From Kiritimatiella glycovorans (GTDB taxonomy: Bacteria > Verrucomicrobiota > Kiritimatiellia > Kiritimatiellales > Kiritimatiellaceae): DNA of 32,000 nucleotides. The position numbers and the translations under genes were made by a program. Each line of letters opens with the position of its first letter. Position 1 is the stretch's first letter. This document shows positions 27,283 to 32,000 of this stretch, piece after piece. Under the pieces are notes generated by a model. It saw nothing but the letters and a program-made list of their open reading frames with translations, searched no databases and had not been told where the DNA came from. Location: the NCBI RefSeq assembly GCF_001017655.1, contig NZ_CP010904.1, forward strand, positions 630,001-662,000, read 5' to 3'.

Positions 27283-28203
27283 ATGCACGTGGAGCACACT
27301 TCACCACACGGCGGGAACGGCCCGGAGACCTCCGGAGGCACTTCGCTCTGGGCGGAGGCGTGGCGGAGGCTCCGGCGCAACCGCATCGCCATGGTCTGCC
27401 TGGCCGTGGTGGCGGTCTACACGCTGCTGGCGCTCTACGGGGAGGCGGTCTACCAGTATTACGAATGGACCGATACGACGCCCGCCTACCGCACGGCGCA
27501 CATGGACCGGACGTACCAGCCGCCGGGGCCGGAACACTGGATGGGTACCGACGGCCTCGGGCGCGATGTCCTGCAGCGGCTGGTGCAGGGCACGCGCATC
27601 GCCTACCACGTCGGAATCATCACCTCGCTGATCGCCATCCCCATCGGCGTCGTGCTCGGCTGCATCGCCGGGTATTTCGGGGGCCGAGTGGACGACTTCG
27701 TGGTCTGGCTGTACTCGACGTTCGCGGCGATTCCCGGGCTCCTTTTTATTCTCGCCATCGCGATGGTGGTCGGCAAAGGCCTGCTGGGGGTCTACCTGGG
27801 GATCGGGCTGACCACCTGGGTCAGCCTCTGCCGCCTGATCCGCGGGGAGGTGATCAAGCATAAGGCCCAGCCCTACGTCACGGCGGCGCAGGCCCTCGGA
27901 ATGCATCCGCTCAGAATCGTCTTCCGCCATATCCTGCCCAACGTGCTGCACGTGGTGATCGTGACGTTCACGCTGCGGTTCCCGGCGGCGGTGGGTACCG
28001 AGGTCTTCATGAGCTTTCTCGGAATCGGCGCGGAGAGCGAGCCCTCGTGGGGCATCATGATCAGCAGCGCCCGCCTGCGCCTCTGGCAGGGGGTGTGGTG
28101 GGAGATGACCTTCGTCACGCTGGCGATCTTCCTGCTGGTGCTCGCGTTCAACCTGCTGGGCGACGCCCTGCGCGACGCGCTCGACCCGCGCCTGCGGACC
28201 TGA
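27283..28203 (+). CDS. ABC transporter permease (OppC/DppC-like)
   Basis: HWMGTDGLGRDVLQRLVQGTRIA, the EAA-loop region YVTAAQALGMHPLRIVFRHILPN and the C-terminal LGDALRDALDPRL are present. Confidence 0.85.
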   Translation: MHVEHTSPHGGNGPETSGGTSLWAEAWRRLRRNRIAMVCLAVVAVYTLLALYGEAVYQYYEWTDTTPAYRTAHMDRTYQPPGPEHWMGTDGLGRDVLQRLVQGTRIAYHVGIITSLIAIPIGVVLGCIAGYFGGRVDDFVVWLYSTFAAIPGLLFILAIAMVVGKGLLGVYLGIGLTTWVSLCRLIRGEVIKHKAQPYVTAAQALGMHPLRIVFRHILPNVLHVVIVTFTLRFPAAVGTEVFMSFLGIGAESEPSWGIMISSARLRLWQGVWWEMTFVTLAIFLLVLAFNLLGDALRDALDPRLRT

Positions 28204-28219
28204 GCCCCGGCGGAAAACC

Positions 28220-28274
28220 TCAGCCGAACGTCGCCCGCATGCGGTCGCAGTAATACCGGACCAGGTCCCGCTCC
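28220..28274 (-). pseudogene. orphan duplicate of the last 17 codons plus stop of the URO-D-family gene (55-bp direct repeat of 28764-28818)
   Basis: 53 of 55 nt are identical to 28764-28818. The minus-strand reading is ERDLVRYYCDRMRATFG* versus EWDLVRYYCDRMRTTFG* in the intact gene. Homology stops abruptly at both ends. Confidence 0.6.
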
Positions 28275-28318
28275 TGAGTTCCACTCGGGGACACCCGGGG
28301 GACTATCGTACTCGTACT

Positions 28319-28710
28319 GAACCCGTGCGTGAGGGTAGCGACGGACCTCCGGGCCGTCCGCACACCCGGCGCGCTTAGCCTGTCCGCCGAAGGCATAAAG
28401 GGCCGAAGGCGGAGAGATCACGCCCTACCAAGAGGTGCAGGCCGAACCCGTGCGTGACAGCGATTCTCATTATGGCTTCACCCTTTTCGGTCGGGGTGGC
28501 ACCCGACCCTCCCAGTGCCCGAAAATGCGTCGGATATCGACTCGGGAGGGACGGCTGCCACGCCGTCCGCGGTCGGAATGCGGCCATAATGAGAACTGCT
28601 GCGTGCGTGAAGGTAGGGACGGACCTCCGGGCCGTCCGCACACCCGGCGCGCTCGGAGATCACGCCCTACCCAGGAGACGCAGGCCGAACCCATGCGTGA
28701 GGGTAGGGAT
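28319..28710. repeat. tandem array of hairpin-rich units (A 125 bp; B 90 bp interrupted by MITE copy 2; C partial)
   Basis: Each unit starts GAACCCRTGCGTGARGGTAGSGA and contains GACGGACCTCCGGGCCGTC, GGGTAGGG...CCCTACCC and GATCACGCCCTACC. Units begin at 28319, 28444 and 28687. Confidence 0.6.
28458..28601 (-). mobile_element. 144-bp MITE-like element, copy 2 (inverted relative to copy 1; 9-bp flanking duplication CGTGCGTGA)
   Basis: Ends are CAGCGATTCTCATTATGGC...GCCATAATGAGAACTGCTG. CGTGCGTGA occurs at 28449-28457 and 28602-28610. The central 132 nt differ from the reverse complement of copy 1 at 4 positions by manual alignment. Confidence 0.7.
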
Positions 28711-28763
28711 TCTGCTGGACCGCAGAAGGCCGTCCGCCGTTTTCGGGGCATGTTGAAGTCAGG

Positions 28764-29921
28764 TCAGCCGAACGTCGTCCGCATGCGGTCGCAGTAATAC
28801 CGGACCAGGTCCCACTCCGCGTCGGGCGCCAGCCGGTGATCGGGACACGGAAGGTAGCCGCCGAGTCCGACGAGCGGTTTCAGCCGCTCGATCTCGTCGT
28901 CGACCGCGGCGCGGTCGCGGGCGAACACGGTCTTGTTCATGCCGCCCACCCCGCGGAGTTCCCTTCCGTACTGTTCCCGCCAGGGCCCAATGCTCGCGTT
29001 CCATGTACCGACTTCGATCGGAAACATCGTGTTGACGCCGTTTTCGAGCCAGGTCGCAATGAGCGCATCGATGCAGCCGTCGCAATCCACGGAGACGATG
29101 TCGATGCCGTGCGCGTTCAACAGTCCGGTGATCCTCTTGTAGTGGGGGCCGACGAATTCCTCGAACATCGCCGGCGAGACCAGCGGGCCGTTTTTGAAAC
29201 AGATGTCCTCCCAGAAGTGGCCGAAGTCGAAGACGGCGCCCTGACGGAGGATATATTCGGTCGCGCGGTAGTGCCGCTCCGCGACGGTGTCGATGATCTC
29301 CCGCAGCAGGGCTTCGTCGTCCACCTGCATATAGGCCAGGTTCTGCATGCCGATCCAGTTGCGAATGTCCCCGAGCAGACTGCCGCAGAACAGGCCGTAG
29401 TGCTGATCCCGGCCGTCGTCGCGCAGATAATCCAGACCGCCCTCGCCGAAAGGGCGCACCTCGCCGTGGACATTGACCGGCGCGTGCTGGATCTGATCCC
29501 CGGCGAACTGCAGCCGCGGCTTGTAGTGCTCCTCCCACGAGCGGCGGTTCTTGAGCAGATGATCGAACTCCATGGGGATCCCGCCGGTTCCGGCTTTCTC
29601 CAGTTCGATAACCCCCGCCGGATTGCGCACCTTCCTCGATCCGTCCGGCAGATCCTCGATCACCTCCCTGGGGAAGGGATCCGTCAGTGTCGCGTTGTAA
29701 TTGAAGACCGAAAACCAGTTGGCGTCGAACCCCAGTTTGGATGCGATCGAAAGATCCGCGGGCCCTCCGTCGTACCACCCGTCCGCTTCCGCCTGTGTAA
29801 TGTGCCCCTCGTCCGCCCATTTCTGCAGGGTCTCCGGCGTCCAGTATCCGAAATGAAGCAGCGGCAGCGATTCGGCGTCCCTGTAGTGCAGCACGTCCTG
29901 TATGTTCCGGCGATGATTCAT
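28764..29921 (-). CDS. uroporphyrinogen decarboxylase (URO-D) family protein, probably not heme-related
   Basis: 385 aa. The overall pattern (FWEDICFKNGPLVSPAMF, DCDGCIDALIATWLENGVNTMFPIEV, GGMNKTVF, LPCPDHRL) resembles the URO-D/MtaA-like TIM-barrel family. This is a call from memory, not a search. Confidence 0.65.
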   Translation of the reverse strand: MNHRRNIQDVLHYRDAESLPLLHFGYWTPETLQKWADEGHITQAEADGWYDGGPADLSIASKLGFDANWFSVFNYNATLTDPFPREVIEDLPDGSRKVRNPAGVIELEKAGTGGIPMEFDHLLKNRRSWEEHYKPRLQFAGDQIQHAPVNVHGEVRPFGEGGLDYLRDDGRDQHYGLFCGSLLGDIRNWIGMQNLAYMQVDDEALLREIIDTVAERHYRATEYILRQGAVFDFGHFWEDICFKNGPLVSPAMFEEFVGPHYKRITGLLNAHGIDIVSVDCDGCIDALIATWLENGVNTMFPIEVGTWNASIGPWREQYGRELRGVGGMNKTVFARDRAAVDDEIERLKPLVGLGGYLPCPDHRLAPDAEWDLVRYYCDRMRTTFG

Positions 29922-29934
29922 GCAGTCCTCCCTG

Positions 29935-29964
29935 TCCGGTTTGCGGTCGTCTCTCCGGTTCGCA
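29935..29964. promoter_or_regulatory. direct repeat TCCGGTTTGCG / TCCGGTTCGCA in the URO-D / AraC divergent spacer (candidate regulator site)
   Basis: Two 11-mers (9 of 11 identical) at 29935-29945 and 29954-29964, 19 nt start to start, within the 57-bp divergent intergenic region. Confidence 0.2.
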
Positions 29965-29978
29965 TATTGAGGAGTAAG

Positions 29979-30827
29979 ATGGTACTATGCGGTTTCAGGC
30001 GGTACATGGAGCCTAATGAGACATTGATGGACGCAAGTCAGATTACAGTATCTCCGGAGGACTACCGGCCGCGGGTGCGTATCGCGTGGTCGATCCGGCC
30101 GGCGGCGGGGACGTCCTGGGGGCCGCGGAGGATTCCCGATTTCGAATTCATCCACGTGGCCGAGGGGAGGCTGCGGGTGGATGTCCCCGAAGGCGACTTC
30201 GTGGCGGAACCCGGCGGCGTGGTGACCCTGTATCCGCAGGAGATGCACCGGCTGGTGATGGATTCGGAGGGGGGGCGTCTGGATTGTGTTCACGCCGAGT
30301 TCGTACGCGATCTCACCTGGTCTTCCGGGGGATACCGGCCGCAGCCTTGGCCGGAGCGGTACACCGCGGTCGATGCGGAACTTCCCGGACTCTTTCATCG
30401 CTGCACGCGCACCTTCACCGGAACGGAACCTCGCCGGATGCTGCTGTGCGAAACGATCGCCCGCGAGTTGATGATACGTCTCGCGGTGCGGTGGGAGCGG
30501 GGATCGTGCGGCGTATTCCCGGAACGGATGCATGGCATGATGCAGTACGTGCGTGAACACTGCACGGAACGCATCGGCCGGGACGACCTGGCCGCGCGGT
30601 TCCATGTGACGCCGCAGTACGTCAACCAGCTCTTCCGGCGTCACCTCGGCATGACCCCGACCGAACTGGTGCACCGCGAGCGCATTGCGCGTGCGTTCGA
30701 CGTCCTGCAGCGGGAGGAGGGTTCGGTGAAGGAGGCGGCCTACGCCGTGGGATTTTCGGATCCCTACTATTTTTCGCGCGTGTTCAAAAAGGTTTATGGA
30801 GTAGCTCCGAGCGAGGTGCGGCCGTGA
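29979..30827 (+). CDS. AraC family transcriptional regulator (cupin-like N-domain plus HTH_18)
   Basis: The C-terminal part VREHCTERIGRDDLAARFHVTPQYVNQLFRRHLGMTPTELVHRERIARA...AYAVGFSDPYYFSRVFKKVYGVAPSE is a canonical AraC HTH. The start is ATG 29979 (after GAGGAG) or ATG 30006. Track ORF 28836..30827 is otherwise antisense read-through. Confidence 0.8.
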   Translation: MVLCGFRRYMEPNETLMDASQITVSPEDYRPRVRIAWSIRPAAGTSWGPRRIPDFEFIHVAEGRLRVDVPEGDFVAEPGGVVTLYPQEMHRLVMDSEGGRLDCVHAEFVRDLTWSSGGYRPQPWPERYTAVDAELPGLFHRCTRTFTGTEPRRMLLCETIARELMIRLAVRWERGSCGVFPERMHGMMQYVREHCTERIGRDDLAARFHVTPQYVNQLFRRHLGMTPTELVHRERIARAFDVLQREEGSVKEAAYAVGFSDPYYFSRVFKKVYGVAPSEVRP

Positions 30828-31516
30828 CGAAACCCGAATATGCGATCCTGTTCGATATCGACGGAACGCTGCTCGATTCCGGGGGTGCGGGCAGACGCGC
30901 CTATGCCCGCGCCATGCGCGAGGTCTACGGGATGCCGGGCCATCTCGAAGGCGTGAGCTTTTCCGGCGCCACCGACCGCGCCATGCTCGAACACCTGCTC
31001 GAACTGCACGGGCTCGAGTCCGGGGATTCCGAAGAGGACCGCTTTTTCCGCCTGCTGCCCGAGCTGCTCGAGATCGAACTTCAATCGCATCCGCCGCGGG
31101 TGTTTCCCGGCGTGCACAAACTGCTCGAGGCCCTCCATACGGATGCCCGCTTCGTGCTGGGCCTGGTCACGGGGAACGTCGAGCCGGCGGCGCGCATCAA
31201 GCTCCGTTGCGCCGGTCTCGGACGATATTTCGAACGGGGAGGGTTCGGCTGCGATCACGCCGACCGCATCGAGATCGCCCGCCGGGGCCTGCGCAGGATG
31301 GGAACGTTTCGAGCCGGTTGTCTCGTCGGCGACACTCCGAGCGATATCGCCGCGGCCCGGGCGCACGGTCTGATCGCCGTCGCCGTGGGGACCGGGCGGG
31401 TCGATCCCGACTCGCTGCGCGCCGCCGGCGCCGACCGCGTTTTCGCCGACCTCTCCGACACCGGCGAAGTGCTCACCTATATGAAGTCCGCACTGCAGCG
31501 AGGAGGCAGACCATGA
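30824..31516 (+). CDS. HAD-superfamily hydrolase (phosphoglycolate phosphatase-like)
   Basis: Motif I AILFDIDGTLLDS, motif II VTGN and motif IV GDTPSDIAAA. The GTG start overlaps the AraC stop (GTGA). Confidence 0.8.
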   Translation: MTKPEYAILFDIDGTLLDSGGAGRRAYARAMREVYGMPGHLEGVSFSGATDRAMLEHLLELHGLESGDSEEDRFFRLLPELLEIELQSHPPRVFPGVHKLLEALHTDARFVLGLVTGNVEPAARIKLRCAGLGRYFERGGFGCDHADRIEIARRGLRRMGTFRAGCLVGDTPSDIAAARAHGLIAVAVGTGRVDPDSLRAAGADRVFADLSDTGEVLTYMKSALQRGGRP

Positions 31517-32000
31517 GCGAAGACAGACGAATCTATATCTGTCCGATGTGTGAGGGGGTACGACAGGAAGGACCCGGCCAGTGCCCGCACTGCGGCATGG
31601 CGCTCGAGCCGGAGAGCCCGGGCGCGGGCACAGGCCGGGAAGGGGAAGATCCCGAACTGAAGGAGATGAACCGCCGTTTTCGGGTCTCGCTGGTATTCGG
31701 ACTTCCGGTTTTCATCCTGGCGATGGGGTCGATGATGCCCGGCGTGCCGATCGGGCGCTGGGTTCCCGAAACCTGGTCGCGCTGGATCCAACTCGTGCTC
31801 GCCACGCCCGTGGTGGCCGGATGCGGAAGCATCTTTTTCGTGCGGGCATGGAAGGCCCTGAGGCACGGTTCGCTGAACATGTTCACGCTGATCTCACTGG
31901 GAACCGGAGCGGCTTACCTGTACAGCGTGGCCGCGGTTATCGCGCCGCAGCTCTTCCCGCCCTCTTTCCGGGAAGAAGGACATGTCGTCGTGTATTTCGA
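31513..32000 (+). CDS. copA: copper-translocating P-type ATPase, N-terminal part (runs off the window)
   Basis: Not in the ORF track because there is no stop in the window. ATG 31513 follows AGGAGG and overlaps the HAD stop (ATGA). Manual translation: MSEDRRIYICPMCEGVRQEGPGQCPHCGMALEPE...ELKEMNRRFRVSLVFGLPVFILAMG...WIQLVLATPVV...FFVRAWKALRHGSLNMFTLISLGTGAAYLYS, which is typical of CopA TM helices A/B/1/2. Confidence 0.85.
   Translation, partial: MSEDRRIYICPMCEGVRQEGPGQCPHCGMALEPESPGAGTGREGEDPELKEMNRRFRVSLVFGLPVFILAMGSMMPGVPIGRWVPETWSRWIQLVLATPVVAGCGSIFFVRAWKALRHGSLNMFTLISLGTGAAYLYSVAAVIAPQLFPPSFREEGHVVVYF

Noticed and set aside
27301-28421. Minus-strand ORFs 27301..28284 and 27873..28421.
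   Set aside because: They are antisense to the OppC-like permease and run into the repeat cassette. The composition is junk.
28375-28797. Short ORFs across the repeat cassette (28375..28641 -, 28435..28797 +, 28454..28756 +, 28470..28751 -, 28478..28663 -). These include the peptide [17 protein letters not shown]...[13 protein letters not shown], which also appears in the 20877 ORF.
   Set aside because: The shared peptide is simply the translation of the two MITE copies. There are no SD or start contexts, frames on both strands are equally open, and the sequence behaves as noncoding repeats.
28836-29978. The 5' 381 codons of track ORF 28836..30827 (+).
   Set aside because: This part is antisense to the URO-D-family gene. 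The AraC regulator begins at about 29979 or 30006.

Overview
GC-rich (about 60-65% by eye, not computed), densely coding bacterial chromosomal segment. I call 34 protein genes, 1 tRNA and several noncoding repeat or mobile features. Gene order, left to right: a glycan-degradation trio (GH78 rhamnosidase fragment, SASA-type esterase, formylglycine sulfatase); an iorA-iorB-paaK-nitroreductase-CpXC block; an aroK operon on the minus strand; a thioesterase; a DUF1080 protein; a methyltransferase and a membrane protein; rpmH-rnpA-yidD-yidC (rpmH is below the ORF-track cutoff and was found by reading the sequence); a polyprenyl synthase; a COG1237-type MBL hydrolase; a second methyltransferase; tRNA-Gly(CCC); prmA; pdxB; pgk-tpiA-secG; an Opp/Dpp-type ABC importer (binding protein plus two permeases, no ATPase genes); a URO-D-family gene with a divergent AraC regulator; a HAD hydrolase; and the 5' part of a copper P-type ATPase. 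The gene content suggests an anaerobic, polysaccharide-degrading organism, possibly of the PVC superphylum (Kiritimatiellota, Verrucomicrobiota or Lentisphaerota-like). That is inference only. I see no CRISPR or cas genes, integrase, transposase, reverse transcriptase, toxin-antitoxin pair or known defence genes, so I cannot support a claim of a new protein-based system. The unusual content is noncoding. (1) A 144-bp element with terminal inverted repeats is present twice in opposite orientations, each copy flanked by its own 9-bp direct duplication. This is MITE-like and I do not recognise the family. (2) One copy is nested inside a tandem array of 90-125-bp hairpin-rich units. (3) That array sits in a 489-bp noncoding cassette bracketed by a 55-bp direct repeat that duplicates the 3' end of the URO-D-family gene. 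(4) A 320-bp nested tandem repeat built on a CAGAGT/CAGAAT hexamer starts inside the 3' end of the ABC binding-protein gene and fills the spacer to the first permease gene. (5) That permease carries an insertion of about 125 aa in its first periplasmic loop. Many long ORFs in the track are antisense or read-through artefacts typical of high-GC DNA and are rejected below.
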